Origin: a virus
Taxonomy: Duplodnaviria > Heunggongvirae > Uroviricota > Caudoviricetes
IMG/VR virus record: IMGVR_UViG_3300028833_002727
Length of the DNA: 64,000 nucleotides
Reading direction: 5' to 3' (one strand)
Shown here: piece by piece, positions 39,361 to 49,112 of the stretch
Numbering within the stretch: position 1 is the first letter of the stretch
Layout of the letters: each line of letters begins with the position of its first letter
Notes under the pieces: generated by a model
Seen by the model: the letters and a program-made list of their open reading frames with translations, nothing else
The model's database searches: none
Told to the model about the DNA's origin: nothing
Made by a program: the position numbers and the translations under genes

Positions 39361-39753
39361 ATGGCAAAGAAGAAACAATCATTAGTAAACGAGGAACTTC
39401 CAGTAGAAGAAACAATACAGGAAGAAGTGATAGAAGAAGTACCGCAGGTTGAAGAGGAAGTTGTTACTGAAACTCCAGTCGAAGAAGAAGCGGTTGAACA
39501 GGAGGAAACTGTAGATCCTGAAAAGGTAATTGAAGAATTTAACGAAGCAGCAAAGAATATTGATTCATTTGTAACAAATACAACAACTCAAGAAGAGTTA
39601 AGTAAGAAACTTGAAGATGAGTTGAAGCGCGCTTCAAATGTTGAAGAACAACTAGAAAAGCAAATCGCCGACTTGGAAAAGAAAGTATCACCAGAAATGA
39701 AGAGAGGTTTTACACAATTCTGGATGGGCGCAAGCGAAGGTTGGTTTAACTAA
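39361..39753 (+). CDS. Glu-rich acidic hypothetical protein
   Basis: 130 aa; GTATTTAT upstream at about 39335. Confidence 0.7.
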   Translation: MAKKKQSLVNEELPVEETIQEEVIEEVPQVEEEVVTETPVEEEAVEQEETVDPEKVIEEFNEAAKNIDSFVTNTTTQEELSKKLEDELKRASNVEEQLEKQIADLEKKVSPEMKRGFTQFWMGASEGWFN

Positions 39754-39779
39754 TAAAAATGCAAATCAAGTAACAGAAT

Positions 39780-40271
39780 ATGAAAGGTAGTACACAATAC
39801 GAATACATGAGAAGTATGATGGACATGTCTAGAAAATTATTCGAGGCAAAACAACGTCCAAGTATTAAGAGGTTTATGCTTACTGAGGAAGAGCAAAAAC
39901 GTGATGCAATTGCAATTACAAACGATGCCAGATTTGGACAAAGTGTATTGCAAGGGCAGATTGACTCATTTAAGCAAACAGTAAACGCTGGTGCAAAATT
40001 TGCAAAAGAAAATGCTGATGAACCAGAAAATAATCCGCTTGTATACTACCCAAAAACTGGTAATTTAGTATTCAGTGGTTCAATTCCGCAATTAAACAAC
40101 TTGAAATTCCAATTTAGTTTGAATGATACAACTGGTTCACCATATATCTTTGTTGATGGTTTATGTCTAAGTGAAGACGCTATCAAAACACTATCAAAAC
40201 TTAGAGGTTTCTTCCTTAACTGGAGAGACGAATGGGAGAACTCAGGCGATTTACTTGATAAATTACACTAA
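39780..40271 (+). CDS. Hypothetical protein
   Basis: 163 aa ORF. Confidence 0.7.
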   Translation: MKGSTQYEYMRSMMDMSRKLFEAKQRPSIKRFMLTEEEQKRDAIAITNDARFGQSVLQGQIDSFKQTVNAGAKFAKENADEPENNPLVYYPKTGNLVFSGSIPQLNNLKFQFSLNDTTGSPYIFVDGLCLSEDAIKTLSKLRGFFLNWRDEWENSGDLLDKLH

Positions 40272-40355
40272 AAAGGATGAAAATGAATATGGAGGGGTTC
40301 TTAACTCCTCCTTTTTGTTTTTAATAAAGTATTTATTAGTAAATAATATGGTTGT

Positions 40356-40544
40356 ATGATGTTGACAGAACAAAAAATAGTAGAACTTGTTACTGAAAAC
40401 TTAGAAAAAGCGGATTTACAAAAGTATGTCAAGAACGACAAAGATTTCGAGAAACGAGTAAAACAAATAGCGGCTGATGTTGTCACTGAACTGTTTAGAG
40501 TGTTGTGGCAGCATAATGCGATTTTCAAAAATCTTAGTAAGTAA
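40356..40544 (+). CDS. Small hypothetical protein
   Basis: 62 aa; late motif upstream; MLTEQKIVELVTEN. Confidence 0.6.
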   Translation: MMLTEQKIVELVTENLEKADLQKYVKNDKDFEKRVKQIAADVVTELFRVLWQHNAIFKNLSK

Positions 40545-41659
40545 TGTACGGAAATATAGATTTTGACATAGATAAAGTTGAAACAATTGTATATTCACCA
40601 GAGAGTGTTCCAGACCCAGAGGATTTCGATATTAACGACTATGAGTCAGAGGAAGATATGCAATATGACATCGCACATTCGTACACTTTCTATATTGAAC
40701 GTTTTAATGATTCGTTTGGCGAAGCGTTAAATGATAGAGGCGTTGAAATGGATTGTGATGACATTGAGGAAATGTTCGGAGAAGATATATTGCAGATGAT
40801 GCTTAATGGTGAAGGTATACGTCGTGGTGGTGGTACAAAGGAATTAACAATTGGCGCTAACACAACGCCTAAAAGTATGTCTTTACAGGATGTTGATGAT
40901 GTAGCAAAGAGAATTCTACCAACTACTACGTATTATCCTGGTTGTAGGGGTTTTATTCTATACGATGGTACAATTGTTCAAACGGAGGCTGAACACAACA
41001 TGTGCAGCGTTATAGATGGCATCAATGGTACATTTCAATTTATAGAACTTGGTAACATACGTATATTAAATCAATCTGCCGATTTAGCAAAAGAACCGAC
41101 ACCACAACAAAGGCGTGTATTAGCACAGGTAATTGACTCATATTCTAATAGCGATTTCTATCTTGATATTATGACAGGCGATGCTATTGGCGTACATTAT
41201 TATCAACCAGACTACAGAAGAGTTCTTGGTGATATTGACAGATATTTTTCTGAAGGTATAAAACCAAACCCAGAACAATTATATGAACAAATGGTAACAG
41301 AAAAAAAGGAAGAAACAACATTCTATAGGTTTTACTCTGAAATTAGAGGCTTTTTAACCAAACTACTTAAAAACCCTATCAAAGCGAAACCAACTAAATA
41401 TCTTGAAGATAGAGGTTTAACACAAAAACGTTTAATTAAAATGCTTCGAGATAATGACATCGTTAAAAGAGATGAAAAAATACTTGTACCAGGTAAGGAT
41501 GATGTAAAACATGTTACATATTCCGTTAAATACACTCTAAAATCAGATACATTCGAAGACAAAATAGAGAAAATATATCACAAATATTTTCCGGATGAAG
41601 AATTGAAAGAAAATACTATTAAAAGAAAAATAATGGAAAGTATATTCAGAAATAAGTAA
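40544..41659 (+). CDS. Hypothetical multidomain protein
   Basis: 371 aa with an acidic N-terminus and basic C-terminal domain. Confidence 0.7.
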   Translation: MYGNIDFDIDKVETIVYSPESVPDPEDFDINDYESEEDMQYDIAHSYTFYIERFNDSFGEALNDRGVEMDCDDIEEMFGEDILQMMLNGEGIRRGGGTKELTIGANTTPKSMSLQDVDDVAKRILPTTTYYPGCRGFILYDGTIVQTEAEHNMCSVIDGINGTFQFIELGNIRILNQSADLAKEPTPQQRRVLAQVIDSYSNSDFYLDIMTGDAIGVHYYQPDYRRVLGDIDRYFSEGIKPNPEQLYEQMVTEKKEETTFYRFYSEIRGFLTKLLKNPIKAKPTKYLEDRGLTQKRLIKMLRDNDIVKRDEKILVPGKDDVKHVTYSVKYTLKSDTFEDKIEKIYHKYFPDEELKENTIKRKIMESIFRNK

Positions 41660-41661
41660 TT

Positions 41662-41895
41662 ATGGGAAGAAAAGTTATTTTTACAGAAGAACAGTTGAAA
41701 CACATCGCTGAGGCTTGTGGTGGAAACGGTGATGAGATTGTTGAAGCAACAACATGTGGTAGTGTTGGTGCATCTACAACACGTGGTGATATGGGTTATG
41801 ACACACCAGGTTTTAATACAAGTGATAAAAAATTCTGGGGTGATGCATTAAACCACCAAAATGCTGGTTTTGAGCGCGTTGGCGATAAGAAGTAA
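41662..41895 (+). CDS. Small hypothetical protein
   Basis: 77 aa; KVIFTEEQLKHIAE motif. Confidence 0.6.
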   Translation: MGRKVIFTEEQLKHIAEACGGNGDEIVEATTCGSVGASTTRGDMGYDTPGFNTSDKKFWGDALNHQNAGFERVGDKK

Positions 41896-42098
41896 TGTAC
41901 AATAATAATCAATACAATGATGTTTACCGTCGTCAATTACAAGATGCAAAAGATAAAATTGACGAAATTCTAAAAAAGAAAAGTGAAGAAGGTAAACTGG
42001 ATGATGTAGAACGTTTAAAATTAGAACAACAACGTTTCCTTGCTCCGTTGTTTGATATGACGTTCGGTTTTAACGAACGTTTTAGAAATCCATGGTAA
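41895..42098 (+). CDS. Small hypothetical protein
   Basis: 67 aa coupled ORF (TAATG). Confidence 0.6.
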   Translation: MYNNNQYNDVYRRQLQDAKDKIDEILKKKSEEGKLDDVERLKLEQQRFLAPLFDMTFGFNERFRNPW

Positions 42099-42102
42099 AA
42101 AT

Positions 42103-42663
42103 ATGAATACAGTTAAGTTTAAAGTAGAATTTAGAAGTTATAATGATATAACAGAGGGTTATCCAAGTATTTTCAATTATTTGGCAAGTAGTGAAAGTGC
42201 CAAAAAAGAAGGTACTTTGGTTCGTATTGATTTACACAGAGATGAAAGTAAAAAACAACATTGTTTAGATGAGGATGATATATACTTCCCAAAAGGTTTA
42301 CACATATACAATCTTGACATGCCGTTGGATAAAGAAAGTCACGAAGACAACGTTGCCACTTTTGAAGTTGAGGAAAGCAACGCGTGGGGTATGTGGAAGT
42401 TTTTAATGGCTTTGGGTACACACGGTAATGGTGGACACAGTTATGAACTTTGTGTTGGAGATAAATGGTTAGATGTTGATGGTGATGGTGCTGATTGGTT
42501 AAAGAAAATCAACGACGCTGACTCACACAAATGGAAGAAAATCAACTCATATAACTACAAGGATTATGCACTGGAAAAAGACAATGAAGAAGTACTAACT
42601 GAACATAAATTAAGACGTATAATAAAAGAGGTAATCCTGGAGGAAATAAAAAACATAAATTAA
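42103..42663 (+). CDS. Hypothetical protein
   Basis: 186 aa ending LTEHKLRRIIKEVILEE. Confidence 0.65.
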   Translation: MNTVKFKVEFRSYNDITEGYPSIFNYLASSESAKKEGTLVRIDLHRDESKKQHCLDEDDIYFPKGLHIYNLDMPLDKESHEDNVATFEVEESNAWGMWKFLMALGTHGNGGHSYELCVGDKWLDVDGDGADWLKKINDADSHKWKKINSYNYKDYALEKDNEEVLTEHKLRRIIKEVILEEIKNIN

Positions 42664-42752
42664 GTGGCTTAAAGCCGCTTTTTTTTGTATTTTTGAAAAT
42701 GAACAGATATTTATATATAAAATAATAATGCACATAAATATCTCGAAAAAGT

Positions 42753-43592
42753 ATGATTACAAAAGAATTTACTGTAGGAGATTTAAAAAGATTGATTGCG
42801 GAAAGTTCAAAGAACGAGTTTAAACCAGTTTTAGGCCCAAATGTTGAAAGTGACAATAAATCTAACAACGATAAGTCCTACAAAGATGCTGAGAAACGAG
42901 CAAAAGATTATGATGGCGGTTTAAGCAAAGAAGAAAAAAGGGAATTACCTAAAAAAGAGGATTTCAACCGCACAACATTGGATTATAACCCACGTGTAGA
43001 ACCAGATAAGAACTGGAAAGAAAAAGTGGAAGCACAAGCAAAGGGTTATACTTCAAAAATGGAAGAAAAGAACGGTATAGAAAAAGCGGCTCAATTTGAT
43101 GATAAAGGTAAAATACTAAATCAATTCAAAGACGCAAATAAAGAAATTGAAAAAGAGAAAAACGCTCTTGCTACATCTGGTTTAGTGTCTAGTGAAATGG
43201 ATAAAAAAGGCGAGACGAAAGAGAAGCCAACAATGATGGAGTCTACCTTACCAAAGCCAAAGAGGCTTTTATTTAAACATAGACGTTTTTTAAACGAGTC
43301 TCAAATGTTACAACTCATCCCAGAAGAAATGAAAAAGAATGGACAAGTAATTCATATGGAAGACGCACATAGTAACGAATACGTGGTAGAGTGTGTTGAG
43401 AGCAAGTTAACTGGGACGATTGAAACACATGTTACATCTTACAAAAACAAAGAGAAGATGAATGAACAAATGGATCGTATTCAACAATTATTTGATTATA
43501 ATAGCAGAACAACAAGTGGACGTAATGTAAAACCTTCAAAATTGAATGAGGATGCTGAGTTTATGAATTTGATGAATATGACAAGAAAATAA
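42753..43592 (+). CDS. Hypothetical protein (probable head-associated)
   Basis: 279 aa, charged; ATATTTATATA upstream. Confidence 0.7.
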   Translation: MITKEFTVGDLKRLIAESSKNEFKPVLGPNVESDNKSNNDKSYKDAEKRAKDYDGGLSKEEKRELPKKEDFNRTTLDYNPRVEPDKNWKEKVEAQAKGYTSKMEEKNGIEKAAQFDDKGKILNQFKDANKEIEKEKNALATSGLVSSEMDKKGETKEKPTMMESTLPKPKRLLFKHRRFLNESQMLQLIPEEMKKNGQVIHMEDAHSNEYVVECVESKLTGTIETHVTSYKNKEKMNEQMDRIQQLFDYNSRTTSGRNVKPSKLNEDAEFMNLMNMTRK

Positions 43593-43625
43593 TATAAAGT
43601 AAAAATAGGTTAAGGGTAAAGGTAT

Positions 43626-44204
43626 ATGAAATTATTGTCGATAATATTGTCATTTTTTGTTAAATTAGGGGAAGTATTAAGTAGTATCTATGGGTGGTTG
43701 CTTATGGTTTGTATGATTGCGTTAAACTTTTTAACCGACTACCAGATGGCATTTATTGCTGTCATTACTTGTATTTTAATTGATATGGTAGTTGGTATCT
43801 GGTGTGCTTTAAAACAAAAAAAGTACGCCAAATCAGAGTTGATGCGAGATACGTTTAGTAAACTATTCATCTACTGTGGAGCATTGGTAATGGTTATTTT
43901 TATGGAAAAGTTAATCGGTATTGAAATTCTCGTTACCACAAATATATGTGCAGCAGTGATTTGTGCTACTGAGTTGTGGAGTATTGCTGGTAATGCTCTG
44001 ATAATTAACCCAAATCTACATTTTTTCAAATTGATTAAATTCGCACTTGTTGGTGAAATAGCAAGGAAACTTCACATGGAAGAAACTGATGTGAAAGAAA
44101 CACTTGAAAAAGGTGAGTCACTTATTGAAGAGTCAAAGAAAAAAACAACTAAAAAAACTAAAGAGAAAAAAGAAAAAGAACATGAAAATAACAAAACCAT
44201 CTGA
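43626..44204 (+). CDS. Holin-like membrane protein
   Basis: Multiple transmembrane segments, ILIDMVVGIWCA...SELMRDTFSKLFIY, ELWSIAGN, and a charged C-tail. Confidence 0.65.
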   Translation: MKLLSIILSFFVKLGEVLSSIYGWLLMVCMIALNFLTDYQMAFIAVITCILIDMVVGIWCALKQKKYAKSELMRDTFSKLFIYCGALVMVIFMEKLIGIEILVTTNICAAVICATELWSIAGNALIINPNLHFFKLIKFALVGEIARKLHMEETDVKETLEKGESLIEESKKKTTKKTKEKKEKEHENNKTI

Positions 44205-44269
44205 TAAAGGTGGTTTTTTTATTGCCTTTTTAAAAAAAAAGTATATATTTGAATAAAACATAGTGAAAT

Positions 44270-44458
44270 ATGATAGGAAAAAAAATAATGGTATTTATTT
44301 TAATGTTCGCAATTTTGGTTGTGATACATTATGTGCTTGATATTGTCAAAGCATTTAGATTGGGTAACATAAAGGAAAGAACCTGGAAGGATAGCGTGAT
44401 ACTCGGTATATCACTATCTTACATTTTAACAATAATTTTTACTGGATTTAGTTTATAA
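44270..44458 (+). CDS. Small membrane protein
   Basis: 62 aa with two hydrophobic helices; TTGCCT-N16-TATATT upstream. Confidence 0.6.
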   Translation: MIGKKIMVFILMFAILVVIHYVLDIVKAFRLGNIKERTWKDSVILGISLSYILTIIFTGFSL

Positions 44459-44463
44459 AAGAT

Positions 44464-45081
44464 ATGGATGTAAACGAGAGAATTAGAAACGTTGGCAAAT
44501 ATTTTGCAATGTTCAATGTACACGACGGTGTTGTATGTGTTGGTGTTCGTTTTCCAGATAAATGGACATTATTTGATGCACAAACAATTTGTGATGAGTT
44601 CAACATACAAATAAAATCAAAAGATGGTGTTACTTTCTTTTTGTGTGACATTAACGATGGTTTCGACCCTGTATTTGATGCTGTTGATTTCATTATAGAG
44701 CAGAATAAATCTTTGGAGGAGAAAACAAATCTATTGAAACAAAAGGTTGAAGAGTTACGCACTTTATTCGAACAAGAAAGTTTGGAGAAATTAAAAACAC
44801 TTCAATTTGTGTTTGAATATGAAGAAAATAATGAGGAAGATGGTTTTGTTCCTGTTGATGAAGTTACATTACCAGTTGACATTAAACAACAATTGCGTAA
44901 GAACAACAAAAAAACTGAAACACAAAAAGAACCAGAAAATAAAAATGTAATCACAGTAGAAGAAACAGATAAGGTTGTTATTGATGAGCCAGCAAAAGCA
45001 CCAAAAAGGGGTAAAAGAAAAAACAACCCAGGTGATTCTTCATTGATGAATTATGTAAAAGACGCTTTAGATAATGAGTAA
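44464..45081 (+). CDS. Hypothetical protein
   Basis: 205 aa ORF with a central coiled coil. Confidence 0.7.
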   Translation: MDVNERIRNVGKYFAMFNVHDGVVCVGVRFPDKWTLFDAQTICDEFNIQIKSKDGVTFFLCDINDGFDPVFDAVDFIIEQNKSLEEKTNLLKQKVEELRTLFEQESLEKLKTLQFVFEYEENNEEDGFVPVDEVTLPVDIKQQLRKNNKKTETQKEPENKNVITVEETDKVVIDEPAKAPKRGKRKNNPGDSSLMNYVKDALDNE

Positions 45082-45469
45082 TTGGTTTATATTGATATGC
45101 TACATACTTGCGCTCTATGGGTTTAGTGATATTATAACACAAAGTATGGGGCCTGGTTATATATTTCTTAAAATTAGACTATTGGCTGAGCGCATTAGTC
45201 CAAACCTTGGTATGTTATTCAAGTGCATGTGGTGTTTCCCAACTAATGCTGGTATAGCGTTTTCACTACTTAACTGGTTTTTCTTGCCAATATACATATC
45301 GCCGTTTAATATGATTTTTGCCGATTATCATAACCTATGGTACATGTCATTAGTTGCGGCATTGTTAGACGGTTGTTTCACTGGGGCAATATGCGCACTA
45401 ATATTTAATGTGTATGATTATGTAGATAAGAGTACACCTATATTTGAAGACGATAACGATAATGAGTAA
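45074..45469 (+). CDS. Membrane protein with CxxC (DUF1360-like)
   Basis: Hydrophobic helices flanking LFKCMWCF. Confidence 0.55.
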   Translation: MSNWFILICYILALYGFSDIITQSMGPGYIFLKIRLLAERISPNLGMLFKCMWCFPTNAGIAFSLLNWFFLPIYISPFNMIFADYHNLWYMSLVAALLDGCFTGAICALIFNVYDYVDKSTPIFEDDNDNE

Positions 45470-45893
45470 AGTTAAAAAACAAGAGAAAAAGGGGCAATTT
45501 ATCGAACAACAGTTAGACAAATTAAAAGATGAACAATTGAAATCAATGGAGGTTGTCGAAACTGTTAAAGATAACTTTGCTGGCAACGTTGAAGAAACAA
45601 TTGAAGCCAATAAAGGAGATGTTTTTAATTCTGATTACTTCGCTGAAGCATTCAGAAAAATTGATGCTGATCGAATTTCAACACAAATTGAAATGGACAA
45701 AATTGACGAGGAGATTGAGGCAGAAGAACAAGCAAAGCAATTGGAAGAAGAGAATAAAAAGAAGGCTTTAATCGAACAGAAATTAGAAGAGGCAAAAAAT
45801 ACTGTAAATAAGGATGACGTTGTTGATGATGATGCTAAAAAAGACGAGTCAACCAAAATGTCATTTTTCGACAAATTATTGAAGGTTTTATGA
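45462..45893 (+). CDS. Coiled-coil acidic hypothetical protein
   Basis: Probable start MSKVKK at 45462. Confidence 0.65.
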   Translation: MSKVKKQEKKGQFIEQQLDKLKDEQLKSMEVVETVKDNFAGNVEETIEANKGDVFNSDYFAEAFRKIDADRISTQIEMDKIDEEIEAEEQAKQLEEENKKKALIEQKLEEAKNTVNKDDVVDDDAKKDESTKMSFFDKLLKVL

Positions 45894-46153
45894 TAAACGT
45901 ACCAAAATATGATGATTTACTAAAAGTCGAGGAGTTTTTACGTGAAAATGAACTTGATAGTGGGAATTTAGCAGTAGTTATATACATTCAAACACAAGAA
46001 AGGTTAAATCGTATAAACAAAGACTACTACTATAAAGCAAATCCACATGGCGAAAGTCCGTTGGATCAGAACATTGATAATGTGAATATTCAAATAGGTA
46101 ACGTAACTTTCACATATAGATTACCAGAACAAAATGAGGATAGTCAAGGATAA
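45890..46153 (+). CDS. Hypothetical protein
   Basis: 87 aa coupled ORF. Confidence 0.6.
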   Translation: MINVPKYDDLLKVEEFLRENELDSGNLAVVIYIQTQERLNRINKDYYYKANPHGESPLDQNIDNVNIQIGNVTFTYRLPEQNEDSQG

Positions 46154-46799
46154 ACAACTTATTGAGGATGTACATAACTATGACATTGTACTTTTTGGAA
46201 TGGGTGTTAACAATGCCATGAACAAAGGGTTTTCATATGATATAGCATTAAATTTTCCTGATGTCAGAATCAATGAAAATTTGACTGGTTATGGTGATTT
46301 GAGAAAATATGGAAAAGTACATGAAACGAAAACTGATGATGGTGTAATTTTTTGTGCTTGTTATTGTTATAATCCAGGGTTAAAAAAGAAAACCGATGGT
46401 GTTTATATTGATTATGATGCGCTTGAAAAATGTTTGATTGATGTTTATAACAAACACAAAAACAAACGAATAGCATGTCCTATTATTGGGCAAGATAAAT
46501 ATGACGGTGAAGGGGATAAAGATAAAATACTAGAAATATTTCGCCGAGTTTTCCCTGATGAGTGTGATATAACTCTTTATGATTTTGTTCAACAGGATTT
46601 TAGAACAGAAAGATATAAAGAGGCAGTATCTGCAAGAAAGAGATATACTGATGGTGAAATAAGTAAAGATGAGTTTAAGCATTTGAAAAAGATTAACGAA
46701 TGGAAACGACTCAATGGTATATTCAAAGAAATGCCAGACGAGTTCGAATATAAACCAAGAAAAAAAGCACAAAACAAAATTATTATTACAAAAAAATGA
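46134..46799 (+). CDS. Divergent macrodomain (Poa1p/DarG-like) protein
   Basis: IVLFGMGVNNAMNKGFSYDIALNFP and YDALEKCL...IACPIIG resemble the macrodomain pattern HGCN..MGAGIA..I...FP / IAMPRIG. Confidence 0.6.
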   Translation: MRIVKDKQLIEDVHNYDIVLFGMGVNNAMNKGFSYDIALNFPDVRINENLTGYGDLRKYGKVHETKTDDGVIFCACYCYNPGLKKKTDGVYIDYDALEKCLIDVYNKHKNKRIACPIIGQDKYDGEGDKDKILEIFRRVFPDECDITLYDFVQQDFRTERYKEAVSARKRYTDGEISKDEFKHLKKINEWKRLNGIFKEMPDEFEYKPRKKAQNKIIITKK

Positions 46800-46817
46800 A
46801 ATAATTTTTGCAATTTG

Positions 46818-46849
46818 TTTGGTTAATTGAAAAATTTGTTGTATCTTTG
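46818..46849 (+). promoter_or_regulatory. Bacteroidota host sigma-A promoter
   Basis: TTTG (46818-21)-N20-TATCTTTG (46842-49). Confidence 0.8.
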
Positions 46850-46893
46850 CAGCGAGTTTGAATAATAAGGTAGATAGAAAAAAATAAAAAGTA

Positions 46894-47298
46894 ATGGCCG
46901 TTTTAACTATAAAACTAACTCCTGACATTCTGAAGTTAGTTTCAAACATTCGTTTTCAAGAGGTTCCAGAACCACCTAAAGAAAATGACACAAGAGAGCA
47001 AATTATATACGCGATAGACTATGGTAGCGTCTATGGCGGTTCTTACGTATTTGAGGATGTAGCATACATCCTTGGTAGATACGACGAACACATACCGGGC
47101 ACGGAAGAAGACCCACTCGGTGTTCAATTTCCAAGAGAATTAGAGGATTACATGTGGGATATTCACACATATATTATGGACAACATTGATTCTATCGAGG
47201 AATTGGTACATCAGTTTTGTAACAAGGGCGGTTTGAAGCCTGGTGTATATCAATGTAAAAGCCACTGTAGACTTTGGGAATATAAAGGTGAAGAATAA
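46894..47298 (+). CDS. Hypothetical protein
   Basis: 134 aa, first gene after the host-type promoter. Confidence 0.7.
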   Translation: MAVLTIKLTPDILKLVSNIRFQEVPEPPKENDTREQIIYAIDYGSVYGGSYVFEDVAYILGRYDEHIPGTEEDPLGVQFPRELEDYMWDIHTYIMDNIDSIEELVHQFCNKGGLKPGVYQCKSHCRLWEYKGEE

Positions 47299-47358
47299 GC
47301 GATTTTACAAAATTTAGATACATTAGAACAAGTTTTTCAACAATTAAAATTTAAGTAC

Positions 47359-48225
47359 ATGAACACACTTATTACTGGAAACACAAAATTTTATTCACAA
47401 ACACAAAACAGAGAATTTATTGAAGTACTAAGACGAAATCCACCATTTACACCAGAAGAAGAAGTAGATGCATTCAAACGTTTATATGCTGGCGATGAGA
47501 AAGCACTTGATGAAATTGTTGCCCGTAACCAAAGATGGGTATATTCAGTAGCAAAGGAATTTGCGCGAGACGAAATTGAGGTTATGGATTACGTCCAGGA
47601 AGGTAACATCGGATTACTGAAAGCCATTGAAAAATACGATTTAAACAAGGGTTTAAAGTTTATCACATATGCAGTGTGGTATATGCGACGTGAAATGAAC
47701 GCGCATATGAACACTGATAGGGATTTGGTTACGAAGAGTAACAATGCCAAGTACGGTAAAAAACTTGAAAAAATCAAAAATGAGTTTTTTGTTCAGAATG
47801 GTTACAAAGCAACATTTGATGACATCAAGGAAATTTTTGAAGAAAAATATGGTATCGTAGTTAATGATGAGCGTGATTTGTATGATTTGGATATTAGTTC
47901 AATCAACGAGAACGTAAACGATGACACCACATTCGAGGAATGTGATGATTTTATTAAAGCAACCGCAACAGAAAACGAGGCTATCTACGATGAGGACAAG
48001 GAGTATTTTAAGGAGTTAGTAACGCCGATTATAAATTCCTTACCAGATAAACACAGAGAACTGATTAAGAAACTCTACCATATTGGATATGAAGATATAT
48101 ATACAACTGAGCAGTTATGTCAGGAATATAACCTATACGATGAACAGGCTTTGAAACAAGTTGAGAAACAAATTCTTGAACTCATGAAAGAGCGAATGAT
48201 GAAACGCTATAGAAAAGCAGTATAA
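47359..48225 (+). CDS. RpoD-like sigma-70 factor with divergent region 4
   Basis: FTPEEEV, IVARNQRWVYSVAKEF, DYVQEGNIGLLKAIEKYD, KFITYAVWYMR. Confidence 0.85.
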   Translation: MNTLITGNTKFYSQTQNREFIEVLRRNPPFTPEEEVDAFKRLYAGDEKALDEIVARNQRWVYSVAKEFARDEIEVMDYVQEGNIGLLKAIEKYDLNKGLKFITYAVWYMRREMNAHMNTDRDLVTKSNNAKYGKKLEKIKNEFFVQNGYKATFDDIKEIFEEKYGIVVNDERDLYDLDISSINENVNDDTTFEECDDFIKATATENEAIYDEDKEYFKELVTPIINSLPDKHRELIKKLYHIGYEDIYTTEQLCQEYNLYDEQALKQVEKQILELMKERMMKRYRKAV

Positions 48226-48256
48226 AAAAAACCACCAGTCGTTGGTGGTTTTTTTA
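48226..48256. terminator. Bidirectional terminator
   Basis: AAAAAAACCACCA-GTCGT-TGGTGGTTTTTTT between convergent genes. Confidence 0.85.
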
Positions 48257-48622
48257 TTATGCCATTGAGTTAATGTAGTCGTCTTTCATGTTGTAAAGTC
48301 TTGTGATTTCATCGTCATCAAAACTGTATTGTTTACCTTCAGCATCTTCTCCCTGGAATTTTTTAGTAAACAAACTACGAGCATTACCTTGTTCAACTTC
48401 ATCACCGTTTTCAGCGCCGTATAATCTATATGCTAAAGCGGCATGGTTAGACTGATCGCTGTTTAACCATTTCATAACACTTTCACGTTTTGCACGTTTA
48501 TCAGTTTGCCCGTCGTTATTAACGTCGTTACTACCATTGTATTCGAACAATGATTCTTTTAATATACCATATATGGCTTCTTCTAGAAATTGTTTTTGTT
48601 TTCCTGTTAACATAATTCTCAC
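48257..48622 (-). CDS. Hypothetical protein (probable head-internal, late)
   Basis: 121 aa; AAGTATTTAT upstream on the minus strand; MLTGKQKQFLEEAIYGILKES. Confidence 0.7.
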   Translation of the reverse strand: MRIMLTGKQKQFLEEAIYGILKESLFEYNGSNDVNNDGQTDKRAKRESVMKWLNSDQSNHAALAYRLYGAENGDEVEQGNARSLFTKKFQGEDAEGKQYSFDDDEITRLYNMKDDYINSMA

Positions 48623-48700
48623 TATTTTTTACTAATAAATACTTCTTTAATATAAAAAACGTATATTTATGATGAGTTTAACTATAAAATTTTGATTAAA

Positions 48701-49111
48701 ATGGCAATTTTTGTTTACAACAGAGAAAAAGAGATGTTTGACGGTGACAATAACTACAGAATATACCGTCCTTACCTACTTGGTAATCCGTATACACACA
48801 TTAGAAATAAGGAAACAAAGGCGATGTATATAGTAGGCAGTCGTGAAGAGGCTGTTCAAAAATATAGTCACTATTTTGATGTGATGTACCAGACAAATCT
48901 CGACTTTAGGGATGTGGTTGATGAGATGTACGAAAAATACAAAAATGGTGAGGATATATATCTTGAATGTTATTGTAAAAAGTATTTATGTAAAGATACA
49001 GCACCACACAAAGATGAAGTTTCTTGTCATGGTGATATTATCAAATCAAAACTTGAACAAAGATTACTAAAAGAGAAAATAACTAACTTGAAGAATAAAA
49101 CTGAGGTTTAA
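48701..49111 (+). CDS. DUF4326-like protein
   Basis: LLGNPY...LECYC...CHGDII. Confidence 0.65.
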   Translation: MAIFVYNREKEMFDGDNNYRIYRPYLLGNPYTHIRNKETKAMYIVGSREEAVQKYSHYFDVMYQTNLDFRDVVDEMYEKYKNGEDIYLECYCKKYLCKDTAPHKDEVSCHGDIIKSKLEQRLLKEKITNLKNKTEV

Positions 49112-49112
49112 T

